Below are positions 39,167 to 50,346 of a DNA stretch of 64,000 bases, piece after piece. The notes beneath the pieces were generated by a model. That model made no database searches and had not been told where the DNA came from. It saw only the letters and a program-made list of their open reading frames with translations. Location of the stretch: the NCBI GenBank assembly GCA_030704615.1, contig CM060732.1, forward strand, positions 70,866,001-70,930,000, read 5' to 3'. Made by a program: the position numbers and the translations under genes. Position 1 is the stretch's first letter, and each line of letters begins with the position of its first letter. Source of the stretch: Takakia lepidozioides. Taxonomy: Eukaryota; Plantae; Bryophyta.

Positions 39167-39982
39167 CAGTGTTGTACCAGTATACAGCAGCACCAGGGTA
39201 TATAGTACGGGTATGAGTAATGGTATAAGAGAACATACCCGACTGGTATGGAAGAACCTAAATACCTAGACGAGATACATACTGGGTGGGTATGCAGTTA
39301 GGGTTCACAGCCTCCATACCATATCAGCCTAGTTATTGCCCGTTGCCGATACTGTGTGCCATACCAGTATTCAGGGTTGAAGGCAGCGGCTGGAGCTAGG
39401 TAAGAGTAAGAGCAAGAGATGTGGTTTTGCTTCATTGTACCATATGACCACAAGAGGGCTATTTAGTGAAAGAGAGGGTGGCTGTGGGAAACAAGCTTCA
39501 TAATATTAATAGAGAGCTAGGAGAGCCATATGGGACATGGTAGACTGAACCACAAAAGAAAAGGACCTTGTAAAGCCCAAGGGGCCCATGGGATACAGAA
39601 CAAGAAACAGAACCAAAGAACTACTGAAGGAAAATTGAAAGGGGCAAGCTGGATAAGAATCTAATAGAGTGTTGTGGACATGAGCATATCAGTAGCTATT
39701 GATATTTTGTACCAACAAGTACCATACCAGTGTATATGTGTCAACGTATATTATACCATACCAGTGTTCATGTACCCCCAACATGAATTTCAAAAACTGC
39801 AATACCAGTATCATATCCATATACAACCCATTTCACAAGCACTCATACCATATTTATACAATACCAGATGATACACAAATTTATACATTTATACTCATAA
39901 CAGCCTGGTCTGAGTAAGGGGTGGGATCCTTCATACCAGGACCAGTCTGGTATTAAAAAATACATATACCAGTACAACACTG
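39167..39982. mobile_element. hAT-family MITE
   Basis: TIR CAGTGTTGTAC / GTACAACACTG. 8-bp TSD GTTTCCAC / GTTTCCTC (7/8). ATACC subterminal motifs. Confidence 0.85.
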
Positions 39983-40280
39983 GTTTCCTCGCGCCCTGTC
40001 CTGTTAAAATAATTAGATTATCACTTTGTGTATATAATAGTTATCAAATTAAATGTGATCAATGGTTTTTATCCTAAATATCGGCAATTGACAACGGGAT
40101 ATACAACCGCCAGTTATCATCCCAGAAATAACCAGATTTATTGATAACCGGAAAGGGGTGAAAAATCCGTTATTTATAACTAGCAGGTTATTAGAATTTG
40201 TAAAATTTTCAATAGCCAAAATCGCAGGTTATTAAAAAATAAATTAAGTATATCACCAGAACCTCGGGTTATCAAAAAAA

Positions 40281-40313
<33 letters not shown>

Positions 40314-40674
40314 ACAAAGTGTGCATAGTCGAGGTGGGGTTACATGCCACGAAACTATACTGTTTCAGCAACGTGACCATGACATAGCCAGGAAGGCCCA
40401 ACCATGTAACCCTGAGAGACCCATTGCATGTAACCCATAAGTATAACCCCACATTGTGAGACCCGGCACGGTGTAACCCGTCACTTATGTGTGAACCCAC
40501 AGAGTGTAAGCCCATTGCCCTAGGGCCCCAAGGTGTACCCAAGTACTTGTCTATGACTCCACTTAATGTAACCTTATAAGGTGTAACCCCATGTAAGCCC
40601 ATTGCATGAAACCCAAACTGTGAAGTGTTACGAACAAACCACATAGAAGCAAAAAATGCATCAAGAGACGCTAT

Positions 40675-43110
40675 TTATTTCTTTGGCCATCTGACCAAGT
40701 CTTTGTCCATCTCGTCACACAGCCAACTAATCATATGAGTATGGGAAGCTATCATGGTTGACTCGTTGAACCAACTTGCAGTAAACGCCCGCCTATGATG
40801 GGTTCGATCATCTGTGGTTTTCACATTGAACTTCCACTCCAAGTAAAATTGCACAAAACAAAGTGCGTAACTGAAGTAATCAGATCCAGGCATGAAATCA
40901 AAGAACGCTATTGCAAAATTTCGCAAAATTCCTTCAATGAGTTTGGGTCGGGCAATGGTTTTATGGGAGTCCAAATGTACTATCCACCTTGGCGCTCTAA
41001 AACAGCAACACTCTAGTGATCACTGCAACACAAACAAAGCTGTTATGTCAGAATAGAGAAAAAAATCTCCAATGAAACCCATTGTGGTGTAACCCAGTAA
41101 TGTAACCCTTTGTACTGTAACTCTAAACGGTGTTACACAACTAGTCAGCAGTGCAACTCCAAACTAGTGCAACTCAGTGTAGAATAGAGGAGTGTAACCT
41201 AACATGCTCAGTCAACGCTGAAATTACTTACTCGAAGACAATAGGGATGACAACCACGTCCACAAGATCTTGATTCTTTGTGAACACCATCCCTCGGGCA
41301 TCCTGAGTGTACCATTCTTGCACCAACCCGAATAGCGTCTGCAGATCGTTACCATTGGTACGCATGACATGTCATTGGAAAGGAGCATAGATGACAAACT
41401 CAGGTGCGATAGCCTTAAACAATTTGGCCTCCAGAAATTTGTTGTAACCCGAGAGCAATGCATCTGTGACAGTTGCTCTTATTTTATACATCGGCTCAAA
41501 ATTTGTCTCTTCTAAGTAAAACTGTAACGGGGTAGAAGCCAGGAAGGCATCGCCATAATAAAACTTCACTTCGGGCGCCCCAGGAGGGTCCGACACCATT
41601 CTGAACATTGTCAAGTATCGTTGTTTTAGTCTGCACAACAAACCGCACATTACGAACATTACGATGCATCATACAAGAGTTATAATCAATATTCGAAATC
41701 AGAGAGGATCAAAGTACAATGAGGTACCTCGAACGCTCCCACAAGTGCTTGGCAAGGACCTCTTGCTGCTGGACAACGTCAACCTCCGAGACCCCTGCAC
41801 TCTTGCCTTTCGGTTTGGTTCGCTGTTTTTTGGGTGCGACAAGAACATGTACTTCTTTGTGAGCGCTAGGAGGTTCAGCCAACCGCTTTCTTTGAGCAGG
41901 CGGCCGTTTTGACCTCCTGGGATTCTCTGCAACCCTGACAATGCCGCCGGTAGGGGGAATTTCTAGGCCAGAGGTACCTTGTTCGGAGTTTGCTGCAAGT
42001 GCTGAAGACTGCACTCCCTCGTCTTAGACGTGCTGGGGAGGTGACTGACCAAGGGCAGAAGTGTTACAGCTCACCTCCTCAGTGCTACCCCTGTCAGTGT
42101 CACCCTTCTGTTCGGACCCCTTGTCAGAGTCACGCTTCTCAGTGTCACGCTTCTCTTCGGCTACCTCCTCAGTGTCACGTTTCTCAGTGTCACTCTTCTG
42201 AGTGTCACCCTTCTCTTTGGCTACCTCCTCAGTGTCACTCTTCTGAGTGTCACCCTTCTCTTCGGCTACCTCCTCAGTGTCACGCATCTCAGTGTCACCC
42301 TTATCTCCGGCTACCTTCTCAGTGTCACCCTTCTCTTTGGCCGCATTATCAGTGTCACCCTTCTCATCGGGTTCCTTCCCAGTGTCACCCTGCTGAATAA
42401 CAATCTTATGTGTGTCATCCTTGACAGTGTCACTCTTCTCAGTGTTACGATGCTCCGCAATATCCTTCTCTTCGTGACTCTCCACATTGAAACGCTTCTC
42501 AGTGTGACTCTGCTCAGTGTGACCCTTCCAACTGACAACCTCATCGGTGACACCCTTCCCCGTGTCACCTATGTTGATGTCACTCTTCTTTGCATCAACC
42601 TCCTCAATGCCATCCTTGATTGTGTCCTCCAAGACCATGTTGACTAGCGGAAAAGCGTCATCCGTTGCGACTAGTGGCGGTGGCAAAGGAGTGTCACCCT
42701 CCACGATTAGTGGTAGTGGAGTGTCATCCATGACAATGTTATACTCATGGACATCTGCCATATGGGTTGGCTGTGGGGTGTCACCCCTATCAGTGTAACC
42801 CATGTCAATGTCACTCTCAACGGAAGTTGCAGTGTTCACGGGCAATGGTGTGTCACCCACGACAATGTCCCTCACGACAGTGTCAGCCACACCGGTATCC
42901 GCAGTGTCACCCTGAGGTGCAGTGTAACCCTTCTTCCCTGTTGCTCCTCTCTACGCAGTGTCATCCTCAGGTGCAGTGTAACCCTCGGTTTCAGGGCCTC
43001 CTCCCCTTGCAGTGTCACCCTGCGCATCAATGTGACCCACGAAGGCTCGGTGACTGTCTGTCTACTCAATCCCCCGGACAATGTCACCCTCAATACTGAC
43101 CACCTCCTCC
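40675..43110 (-). pseudogene. Transposon-borne ULP1-like (C48) protease gene with acidic repetitive N-terminus
   Basis: Spliced reading VVVIPIVF..DH*SVAVL..HLDS..GSDYFSYALCF matches the Ulp1 pattern IPI..HW..D(S)..DCG, with W->stop and C->Y. GDTE repeats lie upstream and GTAACCC motifs flank it. Confidence 0.6.
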
Positions 43111-43879
43111 AATGAGTTAACTAGATTTGATTAATCTAATTCAAAACTCAATTGTCTACAATTTAGGAGAAAATGTTTGGAGTAGGGAAACACTTCTTGG
43201 CTAGGGGATCTGGGATGAGAGAAGAAATAGAGACTAGCACATTATGAGAAGGTGGAGAAACTGAGTAATAAAGAAGGAAAAAAAGATAGACGGAGAGAGA
43301 GGGAGGGAGGGTGAATGCAGGCTAAGGTGGCTAAAAAACGACAAATCAGACCTCCATGAAAGTCCACGGAATATATATATATATATATATATATGTTTCT
43401 TGATCAAATATATTTTTACATCGATAGATATTGATATGCCTAACATTTTCACTAAAAGATCCCATGCCAAATATTATATATATATATATATATTTCATAA
43501 TTATGAAAATAGCTAATTTGTATTCTCCAATTATATAGTATTATAAGACGCGTCCAGCAGGCTTAGAGGTACAAGACGCGTCTCGTGGTTGCTATGCTGC
43601 AACCTCCTGAACAGTGACCACTACCTACTTTGTCAGTGACAATGCCTCATTTTGTCCCATCATCTCATCTTTGAAGACCTCATCAACCCGAGAAAAATCC
43701 CCAACCTCATCCATCACCGCCGCCTTGGCTGTCAACTCATTTTGAATCTCGAGCATCTCCCACGTGTGCCATGGATGCGGCCTGCACCTTGTGGTCCTCA
43801 CCTGTTCGCCACTACTCGCTGCCTGTACCGTCTCGATAGGCAGAGAGACCATCAAGGGAAGTGTACTCCGTACTCTGCG

Positions 43880-44850
43880 CTGCTCAGCCACAACCAAGCT
43901 GATAATCCAGGTCAAGCAATTGAGATCCATTACTTGCCCCAACACCTGACGACGTGATGCCTCAGAAAGAGATGACACCACCGTGGTACCACTGGTAAAA
44001 CCCATCGTCCGCTTGTGCTCGTCAGCATTGGGCTCCACTAACTGCTGCAACTGGCTATCCCACAAGAGGCCAGGTCCACCATCCCGGAAAGCATGAGATC
44101 CTGGAAAGCTGAGCAGTGTAGGCAATGCTGTTCGTGGGTGATACACCTTATTGACCACTGCCAAAGGTGACCAGTCATCGTGTCTTACACGCTGAGACTG
44201 CCTCTATATGTCCAAAATGCTATCCACCGTGAGGTTTGGTGGCCGCTGCACCCCATCAAATGCACGCTTAATCAGTGCAGGTGACATCAAGTTGGTCCAC
44301 CATAGTCGTGGGCGATGAGCTCGTGACCCCACTACAGCTGCATCCAACAACACTGCTAATCCAAGCCAAGATCGTACTTGATGCACACTGGCCATCACCT
44401 TGGCCCGAGAATCACCCGTCAACGGCACATTCTCCAAGATATATGTCGGAGAGTCTGTCTGCTGAAGCTGTAAATAGCGCATGATCCTCAACATCTCCCA
44501 AAACAGGCGTGACCTTGGATCTTGTAACCTATTGCCATGCCTGGCCGATGAATGCCCTTGGCAAGGCCAACCTGCCACTACCAAGTGAATAGGGCCAACC
44601 CGCTCCAAATCATGCGCCCCCAGTAAAGAGATGTTTGCTAGCAAGACTTGCTGGTATCCACGAATTGCAGACACTGACAACAAATCAGGGTACTGCTGCA
44701 CCAACTGAGCAACATGGCGCAGTGAGACGCATCGTGCAGTCTCATCCCTCTCCACATATAGGTAACATTGAACTCATACACCTACCTACAACACTATAGT
44801 CAATCTAGTGCTGATCCCGCCAAACAAGTCCAGAAGGCATATGCCTTCAT
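43880..44850 (-). pseudogene. DNMT3-like C5-cytosine DNA methyltransferase domain
   Basis: One frame with three stops: I LLDLFGGIS, II YLYVERD, IV LVVAGWPCQGHS, VI YILENV, VII LDAAVVG, VIII AHRPRLWWTNL, IX EHKRTMGF, X SRRQVLGQ. Confidence 0.92.
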
Positions 44851-45289
44851 CTGGGCACTGCCACACAAGAGGTGTGGTGTCCAATGGTGACAACTGAGGT
44901 CATCCTGGTACAATCATCGCACTCCCTCCTCTCCTGACGGTACAAAGGCCTCTACCCAGGCTTGTTGTACCCATGTATCAGCAGCCTGCTGCAAATCCTT
45001 GCTCATGCCCCACAATGGAGTGTGAGTAACCATGGTAGGCAACTCCGTTGTACCATGCATGTCATCCTGCTCTGCTGGAGGTGGCACATCCCTCTACATG
45101 GGCATTGCCCTCTAGCAACTCTCCAGGCCAACTAACTGTAGCTGTGAAGGCTGCTAGTGTTGGCATCTTGCCCCGCTGGGCAGCAGCAACACCCCCAATG
45201 AATGTCACAGGGAGCTGTACATGACGACCATCCCCTGACTACCATCCAGGCTTGTAGGATGCTAACTCCTCCCAAAAATCCAGGGTGAA

Positions 45290-45620
45290 GCCCATATGAT
45301 ACAACACTGCCCCCACCAATGAGGACATTGTAAGAGACCGCGTCTATCACAATGGCCTTGGCTTGCATCACTTAGCCATCTATAGGATGATCCGGTTGTA
45401 GTCTAATGACCAACTCACGCCGTGTCATGCTCCGAGCCTGCTCTGATCCACCCAGAGATGTCTGATCTGGAAAAGACAAGGCTCCATATCCGCCTCGATG
45501 AGGCCCAAACCTGCAATAGTAGCTTTACCCAACATCAGTGGTTGACCTCCCGAGTCCAACAAGACCCGCAGTGGCCGGTACCTCTTACCTGCCAATCCAC
45601 TCAAAGAGAAAATGTCATCC
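45290..45620 (-). pseudogene. Retropepsin-type aspartic protease
   Basis: LRVLLDSGGQPLMLG ... SYNVLIGG (DSG active site and the C-terminal [DN]VLIG motif). Confidence 0.8.
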
Positions 45621-46499
45621 TAGTTGTCTAACAAAACAACTCCAGATGTCACCATGGCATGCTCAAAGGCTGGCCTAGCCGGCAGCTCCGTCAAACTAGC
45701 AGTTTCAGCTTACCATGGCGTAGCCGTGGCAGTCTGGACCCTCAAATCCAAGGATCCCTCTGCCACTAACTCTACAGAAGATGAAGTGACATTCCCATGT
45801 TGCTGCTAGTCTGAACACTGCAGCTGGTCTTACCCCCCGCGTCGCAATCATGGTTGCCGAGAACAGTGGGGCCTGACACACAAAGGTGGCCGCCCCTAAC
45901 AACACACTGGCTGCACTAGCCTTGGCAGTAGGTGTCAATGCTACACTTGTAGCTCTCCCCAATGGCACAATAACGGCCTCTGCTTTAGTATCCGTCGGAC
46001 GAGAAGTATGTGAATGTCATAGATGTCATCGACATTGTCTCTGCCAAGATGAATGATTGAGGCAACCTAGCCTGACGGGTTGCCTCCCCATGATGTGGAT
46101 CCAACTCCACCTCTGCACCTCGTGGCTCAGGAACTTGTGCTGATCCTCGAGTGACGGCTGCAGCAGACTCCACGTGCACTAGTGGTAGTGCTGCCCCACA
46201 CATAAATCACATGCCTCCCATGGCTCCTCCATCAGGATGACGCTGCTGAGGAGGAACAAAAGGTGGACCCTCAGGTCTTGAAGTTGATACCACCTGAGCT
46301 GTGGCCATGGCAGCAAGCCTTTGCTCTAGTTGCTGAAGCCGGTTGGCCATGCCTTGGTCAACGCCCTGACCTCCACGTCCTTGGCCATACTGTGCTTGCC
46401 CTCGTCCTGCATCTCGTGCCTGACCACCTCGTCCTCTGTGAGGTGCTCTACCTCGCCCTCGGCCACCATTGTTCCCTTGGAACTGGCCTCGCCGCAACT

Positions 46500-47822
46500 C
46501 ACGGTGCAAGTCATAACACTGAGCCTCTGCATGTCTATACTTGCCACAATGCCCACACTGCAACTGTGCAAGCTGTGCTTATGTCGGCCCTTTGCCACTC
46601 TCTGGGCAATCTTTCTTGACATGGGGTCCTCCAACATACCACCCCTGGTTGCTGTTGGCATGCGAAAGAAGCTACTGGCATCTACACCTGGGGTCCCCTG
46701 TAAAGCTCTATGGAATTTGGGTTGGGCAACCTTGCCCCCCTGACCACGCTGTTGGGCAGTCCCTTGTGCCTGTTGGTTGGCAGCTGCGCCTCGTGCAGGC
46801 ATGTCCTTGCCAAATCCAATGGTAACAACTCGCTCCTCCACCATATTGAGCTCAATCCGCTCAGTCAACAGAAACACATATGCTAATGTGGGTTGGGCCG
46901 CTTGTAACAGGGTTGCATCTCACACCCTTCTTTTGAGCTTATTGTCCAAAATTCCATACCAGAACTGGACTGCCTGAGCTTCAGTAACCCCTTGGGTCAC
47001 ACTTATCAAGCGCATCATACGAGTGTAGGCCTCACGCAAACTCTCACTGGATTTGTGCTGGAAGTCTTGCAAACTTCGCAGCTTCTCTGTCCGTACTCCT
47101 TAGTAGTTCGTCCTTAACTCCTGGAAAAACTCGACCATTGGGTTGAAGACAGGAACGAGTGCTGGTGCTGCAGCAGGAGCTTGAGTGGATTTCCCAGCTC
47201 TTGTACCACTTGTCCCACTACTAGTGCTTGCAGTTAGAGATGTTGGTGTTGATGCAGCTGCCGGTCGCGTCGTGCATCGAATAATGGAGACGTAGTCAGG
47301 TGTCCAATACATCCTCCACTCCTTAATCTCTGCTTCATGTCCTCGCCTGAACTTGTGATAATCGTCCATAGGCGGGCCTTCCAAATGCTAGAATAGTCCC
47401 TTCCACGCCATGAATGGGGTAAACAGTTGTGGATTGCGTATCTGCTGCAAATTACACCAGCTGTCGAACTCATGGATAAAGTCATCCAGCTCGATTGTGC
47501 CCACAGCTCAAGAGTACCTACAAGGCCCCTTGGTAGTTCCATACATCTCCTCCATGTCGTCTTACAACAATGACGAAGGAAATTACATACTTGTTGATGA
47601 AGCCTTCAAGTCTGTGTCAGACTCTGCACCAGATAAAGGTGGGGGTGAAGGTGGTCTGAACCGAACCCCTCACCTCGTGAACCCACTGACAGTACTGGTG
47701 CTAGTGTTGGTCTGTCCTTCTAAATCCTTTGGCAACTCCGTGATGCCTGTTGTATCCAAACATGTCCACGTGACACTATAAGGCTCTATAGCTAGCTCTA
47801 ACAGTGACACGGGTGGGCACAT
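46500..47822 (-). pseudogene. Gag with CCHC zinc knuckle
   Basis: ELDDFIHEFDSWC..HLEGPPMDDY; FQHKSSESLREAYTRM (retrotransposon gag MHR-like); CGHCGKYRHAEAQC (Cx2Cx4Hx4C). Confidence 0.8.
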
Positions 47823-49379
47823 TTTGCGGCTTAAAATATCATGTCCCAATGGCTAAGGGCTCTTGCACCTGCACCTGCATCCACCGCAAGAATTCCTATG
47901 GTTGGCTGGTCATCAACCCAACCTCACCATAGAAAAAACATTGGTGGTCTTGCTGGTCATCACTCCAGCCTCACCACCGACAACATACTCTAGGATTGAC
48001 CGGCAATCAAATCCGGCCTAATCCCTATGAAAGCAAACACCCACACAAAACCAACATGGCGCACAGTCAAGCATGCAGGTGTCGGGGGGATCCAAATACA
48101 AGAAATCAAAACATCGACACCCCCACACCAAAATCTCTCCGCAGTGCTGCTCTTGCAAAATACCCCAGCCCAAAAAACCCGGTCTGACTCTTGCCTCCAC
48201 CTATGGAAATGTTTTGGCCTATTGAGAGGGTGGAAAGCTATGGGGAGGAGAGACTAAAGCAATTCCTAACCCCAACATGCCCTCATCCCGACACTCTCCA
48301 TTTTGTGTCTCGCCATACACTAATGTCAAAAAAAGAGTGACAGGTGTGTTACAAACAGAAAGCTTGGTGATCATCCCTTACTTGAAACAGCTTATTCAAT
48401 GGACCTCAAATAGATGTGGGGAGGATCTAATTTACATTAAAAAAATTCTATAGATTTTTGGTCAGGTCCAAAAAACTAAAACCACGGTCTGAGTTGGTAG
48501 GTATGAGTTGGTAGATTTCCCCTTTTTGCAGCTATCCCCTCAAAAACTGAGTCAAACGGAGTCCATTTGACAAAGATATGACCAATTAGGCTCTAAATCA
48601 TTTCAATTACATCAAAAAGGTTAAAAAATAAAAATAAAAATTTAAAGTTACACCCCAAAATATATGATAACTGGTTCCCGGTTCCCTAAGTTCTATGCGG
48701 GTTCCTAGGTTCCCTGGCCACGTGCCCGCCATTCCCCTCCATTTCATTTGAGTTCAGCAGCTCACCATGCTTTGGAATCCTAGTCGTCTTTTATCACGAA
48801 CGATGGTGACGATGGAGGCCGTGGAGCTCATTTCCCCTTAGCAACACCTCACCTTGGCACCCCTCACAATTTTCTATGAAGTGGCACCTGAGTAGGAAAA
48901 GCTGGCAAGCAAGTTCGTGCAGAGCCTGCCCCGTCCACCAGCTTATCAGTGTCCAAATTGAGTGATCCCCAGTTGGAGCCTTTCTTCAAGCCCGTAGACT
49001 ATGTGGAAACCCTGCTGCAGTGCACGGAAGTATGAGTGCCTCGACCGCTCTGCAATGGTGCCTGGTTTTGTGGCAGATCTACCCTCTGATCCTTGTGCCT
49101 GTCGCAACCACGTCCAACCACTCTTCCGACCCACCTAGAATAATCACATGTGCAGGCTATGACTCAATTTGCCATTACTGGGTGGCATCTCTACACCTGC
49201 GACTGCCCCGTCTTTCTTCCTTCGGCAACTTGCTGGTTCCTCACACAACTGTATCGCTTCCCGCAAACCCATGCTAGACACCAAGTGTGAATTGGCTGTC
49301 TATGCACAAAGTGTATGCCACAAAGTAGCCGCTTGCACAAACTGAATAAGGCCCGCATGAGACAGTCGTCTTTATTTCT

Positions 49380-49557
49380 CATTGTTCTTAGCTGCTTGGC
49401 AGCCTGATTTGCTCATCATCTGAGAAAACTCCACAGCGCCCTCATCAGCCAGTTCTTCATCATCAATGCCTGAAGCATCATAGGCCTTCATGTGCAAGCT
49501 GGGGTCGTCCAAAACATAGTTGGCAAATCCTGGCACATAAGTAATCTCTTCCCCCAT
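49380..49557 (-). pseudogene. NAF1: Captured fragment of H/ACA assembly factor NAF1
   Basis: YVPGFANYVLDDPSLHMKAYDASGIDDEELADEGAVEFS resembles the NAF1 motif KGYDAS..DEE...EFSDDE. Confidence 0.65.
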
Positions 49558-50092
49558 TTATGTCTTATCAACACTTCTTCTAAGAGCGATTTATCCATTG
49601 ATCAGTATCAAAATCGGAACGTTGCATAGAACTTTGTTTTCTTGCGGGAACCCAGGGGTGCAATAAGCTGTTGGTTGGCTGCTGCCTTGATAAACGGCCC
49701 ACCTGCGTAACTCAAAACCTGCCCATGCTCTCATACACAAGCTTGCATAACCCTAGCAAGCTACAATGCCATCTTAGAGCAAACTGAGCTGTAGCAGAAA
49801 TAGTATCCGTGCCACAACGATCCTCAGCTCGGCCTGACCTGGTTCTCCATTTCAAAATACTATTCTGTATCGACAGGAACAACCTCCAGGGAGTTTGCCA
49901 AGCTGGTGGGAATCTCTTAAACTATTCCCCCAAGACCAAGAAAATGCGACATAGGCTGCTGGGCGGCTGCAGCCAGCCGCTTCACTAATCGACCAACTCT
50001 AGAATGCTGCCACGGCCTGGTTTGCTTCTGCATCGGCATATACATCTATGTATACAATTTATTTATTTATTATCAGTGACTTTGGCAGCTCC

Positions 50093-50184
50093 CAAGAAGT
50101 CCACAATTTGGTGCTCATTGATGGGTAGCGAGAAGAAGTATATCTGCTCCAGACTAGAATTGATCTTCCCGTCCTTAACCATGG
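50093..50184 (-). pseudogene. RPS2: Captured fragment of 40S ribosomal protein S2 (uS5)
   Basis: MVKDGKINSSLEQIYFFSLPINEHQIVDFL compared with uS5 LVKDGKIKSLEEIYLFSLPIKE.EIID. Confidence 0.75.
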
Positions 50185-50346
50185 CAAAACTAACAGCTCA
50201 CCACCTGGTCACTATTCCCAATATCGATGGATGGATATTTTAGCATACACCAAATCCAACTATGGGACTGATCAGGTATGTCGGAAAAAAAAGTGGTTGT
50301 TGCCTGTGGCCATCAACACTCCTACTTTGCCATGATATCTTCTCTT

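Larger units (their letters stand above)
38223..40275. mobile_element. Probable hAT-like non-autonomous element with ATAACC(GG) subterminal repeats, hosting two nested MITEs
   Basis: Begins CAGGGCATGAAAACC. GGTTAT/ATAACC motifs cluster at 38235-38435 and 40080-40275. The second TIR was not found. Confidence 0.4.
43546..48330 (-). mobile_element. Decayed Ty3/gypsy-like retrotransposon: gag, CCHC, protease, cytosine methyltransferase; RT/RH/IN absent
   Basis: Collinear, intronless, same-strand gag, zinc knuckle, VLLDSG protease and DNMT motifs. Truncated after the DNMT; LTRs not identified. Confidence 0.82.

Noticed and set aside
43880-44850. DNMT as a host DRM/CMT/MET1 gene or a bacterial restriction-modification contaminant
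   Set aside because: Motifs are not permuted, no accessory domains or introns are present, no nuclease partner is seen, and it is collinear with gag-protease with similar decay.
48300-48345. PBS/LTR junction for the DNMT retroelement (TGGCGAGACAC)
   Set aside because: Could not be matched to a tRNA 3' end and no LTR pair is visible.
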